Positions 37,835 to 47,559 of a DNA stretch of 64,000 bases are shown here, one piece after another. The position numbers and the translations under genes were made by a program. Source of the DNA: an uncultured Natronomonas sp. (GTDB lineage: Archaea; Halobacteriota; Halobacteria; Halobacteriales; Haloarculaceae); NCBI GenBank assembly GCA_964488035.1, contig CAZATR010000001.1, positions 391 through 64,390 of the forward strand. Reading direction: 5' to 3'. Under the pieces are notes generated by a model. That model was not told the origin of the DNA. It was given only the letters and a program-made list of their open reading frames with translations, and ran no database searches. Within the stretch, counting starts at the first letter, position 1; the number at the start of each line of letters is the position of its first letter.

Positions 37835-38916
37835 CCGCCGGCGTGGCAGCCACGCTCGCCACGAGCAGTCTCGCCCTCGTCGACCCGTCGCTCCTGCTGG
37901 CGCTGCAGGGCGTGCTGGGCGCCATCGGCGACCTCGTGTTCGGCGGCCTCCTGTGGGTCCTCGAGCAGTGGTACTGGCTGATGGACTGGCTCTACTTCTT
38001 CACGGGCCTGGAGATGCTGAACCCGCGCTACCGGTTCATGCACCGGGCGATCCTCGTCGGGCTCTGCATCGGCGTGATGGCGCCGCTCATCGGGACGTTC
38101 CTCGTCCACCGACAGCTCGCGCTCATCGGGGACGCGCTCGCACACACCGGGTTCGCCGGCGTGGCCGTCGGCCTGTTTTTGAACGCCGTCATCGACCTGG
38201 GCGTCTCGCCGTACCTCACCGCGGTCGTCGTCGCGATGATCGCCGCGCTGTTCATCGAACTCATCTCGGAGGTGACCGACGCCTACAACGACGTCTCGAT
38301 GGCCATCGTGCTGTCGACGGGGTTCGCGCTGGGGACGACGCTCATCAGCCTCAACGCGGGCGGGCTCGCCGTCGGCGTCAACCAGTTCCTCTTCGGCAAC
38401 CTCTCGACGGTGTCGCCCCAGAGCGCGGCCATCCTCCTGGTGCTGTTCGCCGTCATCGTCGGGACGGTGGCCGTGACGCGCAACCAGCTCCTGTACGTGA
38501 CCTTCGACGAGACGGCGGCCGCCGTCTCCGGCATCTCCGTCAACTGGTACAACCGCGTGATGGTGATGCTCACCGCGATGGTCGTCGTCGGCGCGATGCA
38601 GATCATGGGCGTCATCCTCGTCGCGGCGATGCTCGTGGTGCCCGTCGCCGGCGCGACGCAGGTCTCCCGGAGCTTCTCCGAATCGCTGGTGGTCTCGGTC
38701 GTCCTCGCGGAACTCGCCGTGTTGCTCGGCATCGGCGTCGCCTTCTACGGCGGCGTCACGGCCGGCGGCGTCATCGTCCTCGTCGCCGTGGCCATCTACG
38801 TCTGCGCCGTCGCGCTCGGCAAACTCCAGTCGGCCCGCGGCGGCCCGACCACGCCCGATATGGGGAGCATCGAGGCCGACGACGCCGACGTCGCCGCCGG
38901 AACGGGTGACGATTGA
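37831..38916 (+). CDS. metal ABC transporter permease (ZnuB/MntB family)
   Basis: ALIGDALAHTGFAGVA, FLFGNL, TFDETAA, GVILVAAMLVVP. Confidence 0.93.
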   Translation: MTAGVAATLATSSLALVDPSLLLALQGVLGAIGDLVFGGLLWVLEQWYWLMDWLYFFTGLEMLNPRYRFMHRAILVGLCIGVMAPLIGTFLVHRQLALIGDALAHTGFAGVAVGLFLNAVIDLGVSPYLTAVVVAMIAALFIELISEVTDAYNDVSMAIVLSTGFALGTTLISLNAGGLAVGVNQFLFGNLSTVSPQSAAILLVLFAVIVGTVAVTRNQLLYVTFDETAAAVSGISVNWYNRVMVMLTAMVVVGAMQIMGVILVAAMLVVPVAGATQVSRSFSESLVVSVVLAELAVLLGIGVAFYGGVTAGGVIVLVAVAIYVCAVALGKLQSARGGPTTPDMGSIEADDADVAAGTGDD

Positions 38917-38934
38917 GGGGCCGCGGCCGCGACC

Positions 38935-39369
38935 TCACTCCCGCCGCGGGGTACCGGCGGTCGCGGTCCAGGTCGCACTCGCCTCGACGGCGTTCTCGAA
39001 CGCCAGCCGGGCGACCTCCGGCGGGGCGTCGCCCTCCCCGCCCGCGGGGAGGAACTCGAACGCGATGGGGTCCCCCGTCGACCCGAGTCGCGCCTCGAGC
39101 GTCACGGCGTCGCCGGGCTCGCCGATGACGAACTCGCGCCGCACGACGGTCTCGCCGCCGGCGACGCTGGCATCGAGCGCGCCGTCGTCCGCCGCCGGTT
39201 CCGCGGTGACGGAAACCCGAACGACCGAATCACCGGTGTTCTCCACGACGAGCGTGCCGCCGGGGTACCTCGGGTCGTTGCCCTCGCCAGGGAGCCGGTC
39301 CAGACACCCCGACAGCGCGGTCCCGGCCAGACACGTGCCGACGGTGGCGAGGTAGCGCCGTCGCTGCAT
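38935..39369 (-). CDS. Tat-exported lipoprotein, hypothetical
   Basis: MQRRRYL...ALSGC twin-arginine signal plus lipobox. Confidence 0.75.
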   Translation of the reverse strand: MQRRRYLATVGTCLAGTALSGCLDRLPGEGNDPRYPGGTLVVENTGDSVVRVSVTAEPAADDGALDASVAGGETVVRREFVIGEPGDAVTLEARLGSTGDPIAFEFLPAGGEGDAPPEVARLAFENAVEASATWTATAGTPRRE

Positions 39370-39381
39370 ACTCACTCGGCG

Positions 39382-39843
39382 CTAGCTCCCACCGGCGGAC
39401 CCGGCGAGCCGTCGGTTGACGGCAGCGCCCACGAGTCGGAACAGAAGGCCGACGACGAACCCGAGCAGCGCGACGACGACCGCCTGGATCGCGATCACGC
39501 CGAGGCCCTCGAACTCGAGGAAGTACCCCAGTTGCTCGCCGCGGGTGCGGCCCGACAGCCCGAGGAACGCGTGGTCGGCGCGATACCCGAGCAACGCTCC
39601 GGCCGCGACGAGCCAGCCGGCCACCAGCCCGCTCCGCGTGTATCCGGCAACGCCGGCGGCGACCAGGCCGAGGAGGGCGGCGTCGCCGGGGATGAAGATC
39701 ACGCCGCCCGAGATGTGGAACACACCCACGGCATAGGCGGCGAAGGTGCCGATCGCTACCGCCAGTGCCACGACGAACCAGGCCGCGAGGCGGCGTCGCC
39801 GCGGTTGCCGTCCGAACAGCCCGCGTCCGACTGGCTGAATCAT
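39382..39843 (-). CDS. hypothetical membrane protein
   Basis: About 4 hydrophobic helices; TTAA box about 25 bp upstream. Confidence 0.7.
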   Translation of the reverse strand: MIQPVGRGLFGRQPRRRRLAAWFVVALAVAIGTFAAYAVGVFHISGGVIFIPGDAALLGLVAAGVAGYTRSGLVAGWLVAAGALLGYRADHAFLGLSGRTRGEQLGYFLEFEGLGVIAIQAVVVALLGFVVGLLFRLVGAAVNRRLAGSAGGS

Positions 39844-40030
39844 ACCCGGTCATGACCCGTCCATCCGGTTAAGCGATTGGGAGTCTCAAACCGCGATTTC
39901 ACCCACCAACGGAGCCCGCGCCCGGACAGCTTGGGAGTCGCTCCGGTCCGTCCGAACCCCGTGGCGCGCCGGTCCGGCCGTCGCACGGCGGCCGGCACGT
40001 ATACGGCGACCCCGCCCCAACGCCGTCTCC

Positions 40031-40549
40031 ATGAGCGAGGACGACCGATCCGCGATCCTCGGGGGCACGTTCACCCCGCTGCACAACGGCCACCGCGCCC
40101 TGTTGCACAAGGCGTTCCAGACCGCCAGCCACGACGGGCCCGGCGACGGGACGGTCGTCGTCGGGCTCACCTCGACCGCCCTCGCCGGACGGACCCGGAG
40201 CGACCCCGCCCACGCCGACCGGCTCGGCGACTTCGATGACCGGCGGGCGACCCTCGCCGCCGAACTCGACCGCATCGCGGCCGCCTACACCGCCACCGCC
40301 GAGATCGTCCGGCTCGAGGACCCCGAGGGCCCCGCCGCGACGGACCCCGGGCTGGACGCGCTGGTCGTCTCGCCGGAAGCGACGGCCCAGCGCCGGGCGT
40401 ACGAACTCAACGAGCACCGCGTCGAGACCGGGCTGGAGCCGCTCGAGATCCACACCCCGCCGTTCGTCATCGCCGAGGACGGCGACCGGATCAGCAGCAC
40501 CCGCATCCGGAACGGCGAGATCGACGTCCACGGCCGGCTGCTCGAGTGA
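40031..40549 (+). CDS. coaD: phosphopantetheine adenylyltransferase (archaeal type)
   Basis: GGTFTPLHNGH, VGLTS, LVVSPE, N..R...GL.PL, ISSTRIRNGEID. Confidence 0.9.
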   Translation: MSEDDRSAILGGTFTPLHNGHRALLHKAFQTASHDGPGDGTVVVGLTSTALAGRTRSDPAHADRLGDFDDRRATLAAELDRIAAAYTATAEIVRLEDPEGPAATDPGLDALVVSPEATAQRRAYELNEHRVETGLEPLEIHTPPFVIAEDGDRISSTRIRNGEIDVHGRLLE

Positions 40550-40812
40550 CGACACGCCCGCTCGAGACGGGGAGCTGGAACGTCACGCCAGGTTCGACGC
40601 CGGGCCGTCGACCGACCGCCGTCGACCAGGGAGCGGGACCCGGGATCGCGCGTCTCCCACCTAGAATCCGCGTCCGATCCATCGGGCCCCGGACGTGTCC
40701 CGCGGGTTTCGCCGACTCCCACGACACTCCCGTATGGCCGCCGGGCAGGACGGCCGGTCCCGGGGCCACCGCGGGCGATACGCCTTTGGGTGCCGGCCGA
40801 CGAGCCACGCGT

Positions 40813-41169
40813 ATGAGCACCGTGTCGCTCGGCATCCTGACCGCGAGCGGGGTTGCCGTGGGGCTGCTCGCCGCCGGCGTCGTCTACGCCGACGGCCGCC
40901 GCGAGGGGGTCGACGGCGGCAGCCGGCTGCTGCTCGCTGCCGCAGTGGGCCTCGGGTGTGTCGGCGCGTTCCTGGTGCCGTACGTGTTCGCGGCCCCGCT
41001 TCGGACCGCGTACTTCCGGCTGCTCAAGCCCCGCCCGACCGCGATCTCCCCGCTCGAGTGGCTGACGGTCCGGATGGCGACCGGACTCCTCCTGAGCGTC
41101 CTCCTGGGTGCCGGCTACGCAGCCGGACGCCGCTACACTGCCCACGACTCCTCGGCGGACGGCCGCTGA
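40813..41169 (+). CDS. hypothetical membrane protein
   Basis: Three hydrophobic segments from ATG 40813. Confidence 0.6.
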   Translation: MSTVSLGILTASGVAVGLLAAGVVYADGRREGVDGGSRLLLAAAVGLGCVGAFLVPYVFAAPLRTAYFRLLKPRPTAISPLEWLTVRMATGLLLSVLLGAGYAAGRRYTAHDSSADGR

Positions 41170-41315
41170 CCCGGCCGGTCGGGCGTCGGCGGCCGCCTCG
41201 GACTCGCGCACCCGGTCCCGGGCGGCCATGCTGCGTGTACGCGATGGCGCCCGTCGGTCCCGGCGGACGGTACTGTCGGATGGAAGCGGCGTCGAGACGG
41301 GTGGATTGGCCGTCC

Positions 41316-44240
41316 CTACCGGGTGGCGTCGTCGCCCTCCGGCGGCCACCCGGGTGACGTCTCGTCCATCACGCCATCCGTGTCGCCGACGCCTCGGGGC
41401 CCCGCCGGCACGACGACGATCACGACCGTCTCCGTCCGGAACGAGACGTGGTCGTCGCGCCCCAGGTGGAGTTCCCGGCTGTCGTGGGTGAGCGTGGCCG
41501 CCCGGCCCTCGCGCACGTACGTGGTCGCCAGCCGACCGTCGCTCCGGTTCGCCCGCACGACGAACCGCTCGTACGTGCCGTTGACTTCGACGACCCAGAC
41601 GTTCGCGGTCGCCCACCACGTGGTCAACGGCGGGGTTAGCGGGAGGCCGGCGGGCAGCGCACCCATCCGTTTCCCGAGCAGCTTCTTCCGGCCCCGCTGG
41701 ATCCCCTTCTCGAGGTTGTCGGCGGCCCTCGCCTCGAGTCGGTTGCGGAACTCGCGTTTCAACTCCCGTTCCGCCTCGGAGGCGGTGGACAGACTCGGGC
41801 GAGCCTGTTCGTCTCGGAGTGCGTCCCGGCGGGCGGCTTCGAGGCGAACCCGCAGTCGGTCGCGGTCGACGCCGTCCTGTCCGGCCGTCGCCGCGACGGT
41901 CCGGTCGACGGTCGACCCGTTGGTCAGCAGTTTGGCCGCCACGGGGGTCGAGTCGTCCGTCGCCAGCGCGTCCTCGGCGGCCGAACTCGGAACGCCCTCG
42001 TCGGTCATCGCCTGCACCAGTTCGCCACGGACGTGCTCGGTCGCGGCCGCGACCGCCGATCGGAGCGGCTCGTACCCGTCGTCGCTCTCGTTCATCCCGG
42101 CGAGGACCTGGGCGGCGGTCGCCAGGGAGGTCGTGTCGTCCTCCTGGAGGATGGGGAGCCGATCGAGGATACCCCGGGCGACCTGGCCGTGTGGCGTCGT
42201 GAAGAGGTTCAGGTTCCTGGTCTTCAGCGGATGGACCGTGCCGCCACCACGAGCGCCGATGCGGTCGCGCTCGACCTTGCCGGTCGGGAGGTACGACGGG
42301 CCGGTCTCGACCGCCAGCGAGAGGTTCCCTGCGGGGTCGGTCCAGGTCCTGCGGGACGGGTGCGACTGGGTACGGGGGGCCGATAGCGCGCCGTCGAGAT
42401 GGGTTGACGAGACGTGGTTCGTTATCGCGTCCGTGAGGCCCCCGTTGACCTCGGTCTGGGTATCGGCCCGGTCGCCGAGACGGCGTTCGAGTTCGGTGAG
42501 GTAGACCTCGCGAGCGGCGACGCGTGTGCGTTCCCGGACCGTCCGGTCGGCCCGGCCGCGCAGTTCGTCGTGGGTCCCGGTGACGGTCTCTAGGAGCCGT
42601 TCCGGCGGGTTTGCGCGGCCGGCGCCGACCTCGGTCGCGGGGACGGTGGTCGTCACGTTCCGGGTCCGGTCCCGGAGCGCTCGCACGTCCCGCCGGACGG
42701 TGGTCCGGTCGACGGTCGGTTCGGCCGTCGCGTTCGCGCGGATGGCGGGTGGCTCGTCCCGGGCCGCTTGCTTTGCCACGGCTGCGTATCCCCTTCCCTG
42801 GTCGATGGCTGCGTCGACGGCGCGTTCGGTCGTGGACGCGAGCGGGCCGTCGAGTCGGCCCTGCGGCGCGCCGGCGACGGGTACGGTTCTCGCCTGTACC
42901 GCGACGTCGACGCGGTACCGCTCCGTGACGACGGTTCTCGTCGTTCTGACCTCGCCGTCACGTCGCCAGGTTCGCTCGGTGGTCTCGGTCAGGACGGCGC
43001 GGAACGACGCACCGTCTCGCGTCTCCCAGCCGTCGGCTCGTGGGGGTCGCGCCGTCACCCGCTCGAGCGAGACGGCGCTGTGCTTCGTGCGGCCCACGCG
43101 TGTCCACGACCCGTCCACGGAGTCCCGTCGCTCCGTGTCGGTGCCACGTGGCGTGACGTCGGTCGCGACGCGAGCCTGGACCGTGTGTGCCCGCTCGATG
43201 GCTGCCTCCAGGCGGTCGTCGTGATCGATGCCGACGGTGTCGGCGTAGGCCATCGTGGCGGAGCCGTTGACCCCGACGGTGACCGCCGTGTCGTCGGGCG
43301 GCTCGTGGCGAGTGCCGACCGGTGTGTCGCGACCGCGCCCGGCGGCGTGACCCTCCGCTTCGTCGAGGATCCGGGTCGTCCAGTTGTGGTCGACGCCCCT
43401 GGCGGCGAGCAGGTCCTCGGCTGCGACGGCGGCGCCCGCCGCGGCGACGCCCCGGTCCGCGCCTGGATCGGCCGCGCCGAAGACCGTCCGCTGTTCGGCG
43501 ACCAGCGCGTCGTTCGTGACGAGTTCGACGTGCCGGGTTCCCACGACGTTCGCGATGGGTGCACCGCCGTACTGGGCGTACCCCCGCGCCCAGGCGAGGG
43601 GGTAGAGGCGGGCCGTGGTCCGCTGGGCGAGTCCGGGGTGGTCGATCGGGGCGTTCGCGCGCCGTTCGAACCGTTCGGTCCGGTCGTGCAGGAACAGCGC
43701 CGGGTTCGAAACGACGAACGTCGGCGACAGCGCCTCGGTGGCGACCTCGCGGTCCTGGTGGACGCCCGTCAGACGGACGCCGCTGATTTCCACCCGGAGC
43801 GCCGTCCCGTTGGGGCCGGCGCGCCCGACGTGGACGCGCTCGATCGCGTCCCGGTAGCCCTCGGTAGTGTTCGGGACCGACGGGAGCGAGGCGGTTGCGA
43901 CGACGCCGCCGCGTTCGACCGCTACAGTCTCGAGGCGCTCGCTGGCGAGAAGGTACAGTCTGAGCCGGAGGGCGTCCCGGAACGGCTGGTCGTCGTCGAG
44001 CGCGCGGCCGGCCGTCGAGTTCGCGGGGACGGTAACCGGGTTCGCAGCCGCCTCCGTCGCCGCCCGGTCCGACGCGGTGCGGAGCGCCGTGACCGTCTCC
44101 GATTTCGCCCCCTCCATCGCCCGGTCGACGGTCGGCGTCGAGGCGGGGTCGTGCGTCACGACGGTCGCCGAGAGGGTCGTGCTCGCGACGAGGACGATGA
44201 CGCCGACGAGCGCGAACGGCATTCTAGCCCGGTCGTTCAT
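41316..44240 (-). CDS. large (about 974 aa) secreted/pilin-like protein, last gene of the pilus-like operon
   Basis: N-terminus MNDRA-RMPFALVGVIVLV resembles a class III signal peptide; conserved-looking blocks AWARGYAQY and GLPL.P..WWATANVW; ATGA overlap with the upstream gene. Confidence 0.8.
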   Translation of the reverse strand: MNDRARMPFALVGVIVLVASTTLSATVVTHDPASTPTVDRAMEGAKSETVTALRTASDRAATEAAANPVTVPANSTAGRALDDDQPFRDALRLRLYLLASERLETVAVERGGVVATASLPSVPNTTEGYRDAIERVHVGRAGPNGTALRVEISGVRLTGVHQDREVATEALSPTFVVSNPALFLHDRTERFERRANAPIDHPGLAQRTTARLYPLAWARGYAQYGGAPIANVVGTRHVELVTNDALVAEQRTVFGAADPGADRGVAAAGAAVAAEDLLAARGVDHNWTTRILDEAEGHAAGRGRDTPVGTRHEPPDDTAVTVGVNGSATMAYADTVGIDHDDRLEAAIERAHTVQARVATDVTPRGTDTERRDSVDGSWTRVGRTKHSAVSLERVTARPPRADGWETRDGASFRAVLTETTERTWRRDGEVRTTRTVVTERYRVDVAVQARTVPVAGAPQGRLDGPLASTTERAVDAAIDQGRGYAAVAKQAARDEPPAIRANATAEPTVDRTTVRRDVRALRDRTRNVTTTVPATEVGAGRANPPERLLETVTGTHDELRGRADRTVRERTRVAAREVYLTELERRLGDRADTQTEVNGGLTDAITNHVSSTHLDGALSAPRTQSHPSRRTWTDPAGNLSLAVETGPSYLPTGKVERDRIGARGGGTVHPLKTRNLNLFTTPHGQVARGILDRLPILQEDDTTSLATAAQVLAGMNESDDGYEPLRSAVAAATEHVRGELVQAMTDEGVPSSAAEDALATDDSTPVAAKLLTNGSTVDRTVAATAGQDGVDRDRLRVRLEAARRDALRDEQARPSLSTASEAERELKREFRNRLEARAADNLEKGIQRGRKKLLGKRMGALPAGLPLTPPLTTWWATANVWVVEVNGTYERFVVRANRSDGRLATTYVREGRAATLTHDSRELHLGRDDHVSFRTETVVIVVVPAGPRGVGDTDGVMDETSPGWPPEGDDATR

Positions 44241-45022
44241 GGCTCCCACCGCCTGACCACGAGGGTCGCGTTCTCGACCGTGACCGCGTCGGTGGCCGCG
44301 GTCGGATCGTCGTAGTCGGCCCGGAGGTCCGCCTCGAACCGGGTGGCGAACTCCCCGGACAGGGCCGCGTTTGCGGCCTGGACGTCACCGGTGTCGACCG
44401 CCCCGTCGACGTCCGCCCCGAGGGCGCCCGCGGCGGTGCGGTAGCGGTCGACGATGGCCGGCCGTGTCCGAGGGTCCATCAGCGCGGCCCGGGTCCGGCG
44501 GGGCGGGAACAGGTACGCGACGACCGCGTCGGCGAGCGCGTCCGAGAGGCCCCCGAACGAGCGGGTCTCGCTCCCCGTCGGTTCCTCGATACCGGTGGCG
44601 ACGGTGAGGGTGGTCGCGGCGACGTCGGCGCTCGCTGGCGGCTCGGTTCCGGCGGCGACGCGGCCGCCGACCGACGCGTTCGGGTAGGGCGTCCAGGTGG
44701 CGGTGACGTACGACCGGCGGTCGAGCGCGTCCGCGGTCGCGTTCCCGACGCGGGTCGGGTAGTTCGTCGCGAGGAGGCGCCGATCCTCGACGGTGGCCGC
44801 GGTCACCGCGCCGGTCGCCAGGTGGGCACCCAGCGTGACGTGGCGGGTGTCGTTCCGTATCCGGATTCCGGTGGTCGCCGTCGCGACGGTTTGTGCCGGG
44901 GCGTCGGCGTCCGGGCCGTCGGGCGCCGAGGCGGGTGGCGCGGCCGACAGCGTGGCCAGGGCTGCGCCGATCAGCAGGAGGCAGACGGACACGTCGAGGA
45001 CGGTGCTCACGCCGCGCGCCAT
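44237..45022 (-). CDS. pilin-like protein with class III signal peptide
   Basis: MARG|VSTVLDVSVCLLLIGAA: basic-Gly cleavage motif followed by a hydrophobic helix. Confidence 0.75.
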   Translation of the reverse strand: MARGVSTVLDVSVCLLLIGAALATLSAAPPASAPDGPDADAPAQTVATATTGIRIRNDTRHVTLGAHLATGAVTAATVEDRRLLATNYPTRVGNATADALDRRSYVTATWTPYPNASVGGRVAAGTEPPASADVAATTLTVATGIEEPTGSETRSFGGLSDALADAVVAYLFPPRRTRAALMDPRTRPAIVDRYRTAAGALGADVDGAVDTGDVQAANAALSGEFATRFEADLRADYDDPTAATDAVTVENATLVVRRWEP

Positions 45023-45405
45023 ACGCACACCTCTAGGACGCCCGGACGAACCCGGGCGGGCGCGACCCGGACCGTGACCGACCGCTCGACGCACTCGGGT
45101 CGGGGCGGTCTGGGCGGCCCGCCGGTCCAGCGGCCCTCGTCCGTCCGAACGGCGGCGTTTAGCCGGTGGCCGGTCGGCCGTGCAGCGGCGACGCTCCCGT
45201 TCAGTGGCGGGTCGACGGCGCCGAACGTCGAGGCGTTCGCCTCGAGGCGGTCGGCGGCGTTCGGCGCCATCTCGCGGTCCGTCGTCAGAGTCGGGAGCGT
45301 GGTGTCGAGCACGCCGGCGTAGAGCGACAGGCCGAGGCCGAGTGCGAAGACCGCCGCCAGCGCGGCGATCGGCTCCGTCTGGCCCCTACCCGACGAGGAG
45401 GACAT
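45007..45405 (-). CDS. pilin-like protein with class III signal peptide
   Basis: SGRG|QTEPIAALAAVFALGLGLSLY, a typical RG/Q prepilin motif. Confidence 0.78.
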   Translation of the reverse strand: MSSSSGRGQTEPIAALAAVFALGLGLSLYAGVLDTTLPTLTTDREMAPNAADRLEANASTFGAVDPPLNGSVAAARPTGHRLNAAVRTDEGRWTGGPPRPPRPECVERSVTVRVAPARVRPGVLEVCVWRAA

Positions 45406-45853
45406 CGGTTCCCTCCCAGCGGACGCGGCGCACGACGAGGCGGTCGGTCTCCGTCCACGCGGGCCGACGGTCTCGCTTGGTTGCGGCCGCGCGTTCCAGC
45501 GCCGCCGGCGAGTCGAACACCCGTTCCGGCGGCGTGCCGTGGAGCACGTCGTGGAGCGCCGCGTTCGACGCCGCCGGGGTCATCGGACCGTATCCCACGA
45601 GGGCGTGGGTCGTGCCGCCCGGCCCCCGGAACGATAGCGTGTCGGTGCCAACGCGGACCGCCTCGGTGTTCGGCAGCGGGCGTTCGGCGACGGTGCCGTG
45701 CTCGCTGGCGGCGATGCGGTCGACCGTCCCGGCGGCGCCGGTGGCGTCCGGCGGCGGGGCGGCCGGCATCCCGGTGACCACGCCGACGGCGGTGGCACTG
45801 ACCGCCGCGAGGCCGAGCCAGACGTACCAGGCATCGAGTGGCGTCTCGAACAT
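45386..45853 (-). CDS. membrane-anchored hypothetical protein of the pilus-like operon
   Basis: MFETPLDAWYVWLGLAAVS N-terminal TM; overlaps the next gene. Confidence 0.75.
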   Translation of the reverse strand: MFETPLDAWYVWLGLAAVSATAVGVVTGMPAAPPPDATGAAGTVDRIAASEHGTVAERPLPNTEAVRVGTDTLSFRGPGGTTHALVGYGPMTPAASNAALHDVLHGTPPERVFDSPAALERAAATKRDRRPAWTETDRLVVRRVRWEGTDVLLVG

Positions 45854-45876
45854 GGGGTGGGTGGTCCCGTTCTCGG

Positions 45877-47559
45877 CTATAAACCTCCGGCCACCATCGC
45901 CGTCGCGCCGAAGGCGGCGACGTAGGTGACGGTGGCGGCCAACAGGGCCGTGCCGGCCCGGTAGCCGACGGTGGCGCGGTCGAGGCCGCGGGCGAGTCCC
46001 GTCGAGAGCGCCGTGAGGATGGCGGCCAGCAGGAGGACGTAGGCTCCGACGGCGAGACCGAGGGCGGCCGTCTCCGGGGCGCTCCCCTTGAGGGCGCCGG
46101 TCGTGCCGACGCTGTCGGCGAGCGCGACGGTGGCCCCGCCGACGAGCGGGCCGAAGAACGCGGCGGTGTTGCCCAAGGTCGAGGTGACCTGGGCGAGGTC
46201 GCGGCGCGCGTCGCGTTCGACGCGGCGGAGGTCCTCGAGGTGGTCGGCGGTCTCGACGAGCGCGCGGCCGGCGGGTGGGCCCTCCCTTGTGGCGGCCCCG
46301 AGGAGTCGGGCGGCACCGCGGGCCCGCTGGCTCGGAACGGCGTCGAGCGCCCCGTACTCCCCGTCGAACGCCGTCTCGACGCCGACGCGGAGCTGGGACT
46401 GGCGCCTTGCGGCGGCCCGGAAGACGTCCTCGGCGACGCCGTCGAGTTCGTCGACGACGTCGGCGACGGCGCGCTCGACGGCGATGCCGTCAGCGACCCG
46501 ACGGCCGACGAGGTACAGCGCGTCCGGCAGGGATTCGTCGAGGCGGTCCGTCCGCTCGCGGACGGCAACCACCGGCCGGTAGCACAGCACCAGCGCGGTA
46601 CCGACGCCGACGCCGACGGCTGTCACCGGCCGCGTCCACCCCGGGAGCAGCGTTCCGGCCAGCGGCCAGGAGACGGTGGCGACGGCGAGGCCGACGGCGA
46701 CGCGGGGCCACCACCGGTCGGGGACGTCCGGGTGGTCACGGGTCACCGACGCCGGCGGGAAGGCAACGGGCCGGTTCGCGAGCAACCAGCCGCCGGCACA
46801 GACGAGGATGACGGGGAGGAGCAGGTCGTAGAGGATCACGACGGCCGGAAGCGTGGCCTGGATTCCGGCTGCGCCGGCCGCCGGGAGGACGCCGACGAGG
46901 GCGAGCGGCAGGAGCACCCCGAAGGCGTACAGGGCGGTCGCGGGGCCGCGGATGGCGTCGGCGGCGTCGGCAGCCCGGTCGCGGGTACCGTCGAGAATGG
47001 CGGTCATCGCGCGGTCGAGGGCGCGGTCCCGTTCCTCCGCCGGGGCGACCGCGGCGGCGTCGACGAGCGTGAGCGACCGGTGCAGCGCCGGGAAGGTGTC
47101 CCGCCATCGGGCGGCGAACTCGCCGAGTCCCGATCGGGGGCTGCCCCGGGCGCGCCGGACGTGCTCGGCGAGGCGGTCGCCGAGGCGCCCCTCGGTCTCG
47201 GCTGCAAAGTCGGCCGCGCCCTCGGCGGTGGGAGCGACGCGGGTCTGCAGGACGGCGCGCGCAACCAGTTCGGGTGCCGACCCGAGCGTGCGGCTGCGCC
47301 GGGCGTTCGCGATCGCGACGGCCCCACCACGGCCCGCCACCATGGCCCCGTAACCGAGGCCGAACGCGACGAGGACGAGGGCCGCCCGGCCCCCGAGGAG
47401 CGCGACCAGGAGGACCACGACGCCGACCGTCACGCCGGCGACATCGGAGACCGCGCCGTAGACGAGGGGATCGCGGTCGAGGAACGGGGCCGCGCGTTCG
47501 AGGGCCTCCGGGACGGTCTCTCGCGGCCACTCGTCGGCGAGGCGGGTCAGGACCGACAT
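45877..47559 (-). CDS. pilC: type II/IV secretion membrane platform protein (PilC/TadC-like)
   Basis: Two T2SSF-like soluble domains between TM bundles (LYAFGVLLPLALV; LPDALYLVGR; FFGPLVGG); directly downstream of the ATPase. Confidence 0.82.
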   Translation of the reverse strand: MSVLTRLADEWPRETVPEALERAAPFLDRDPLVYGAVSDVAGVTVGVVVLLVALLGGRAALVLVAFGLGYGAMVAGRGGAVAIANARRSRTLGSAPELVARAVLQTRVAPTAEGAADFAAETEGRLGDRLAEHVRRARGSPRSGLGEFAARWRDTFPALHRSLTLVDAAAVAPAEERDRALDRAMTAILDGTRDRAADAADAIRGPATALYAFGVLLPLALVGVLPAAGAAGIQATLPAVVILYDLLLPVILVCAGGWLLANRPVAFPPASVTRDHPDVPDRWWPRVAVGLAVATVSWPLAGTLLPGWTRPVTAVGVGVGTALVLCYRPVVAVRERTDRLDESLPDALYLVGRRVADGIAVERAVADVVDELDGVAEDVFRAAARRQSQLRVGVETAFDGEYGALDAVPSQRARGAARLLGAATREGPPAGRALVETADHLEDLRRVERDARRDLAQVTSTLGNTAAFFGPLVGGATVALADSVGTTGALKGSAPETAALGLAVGAYVLLLAAILTALSTGLARGLDRATVGYRAGTALLAATVTYVAAFGATAMVAGGL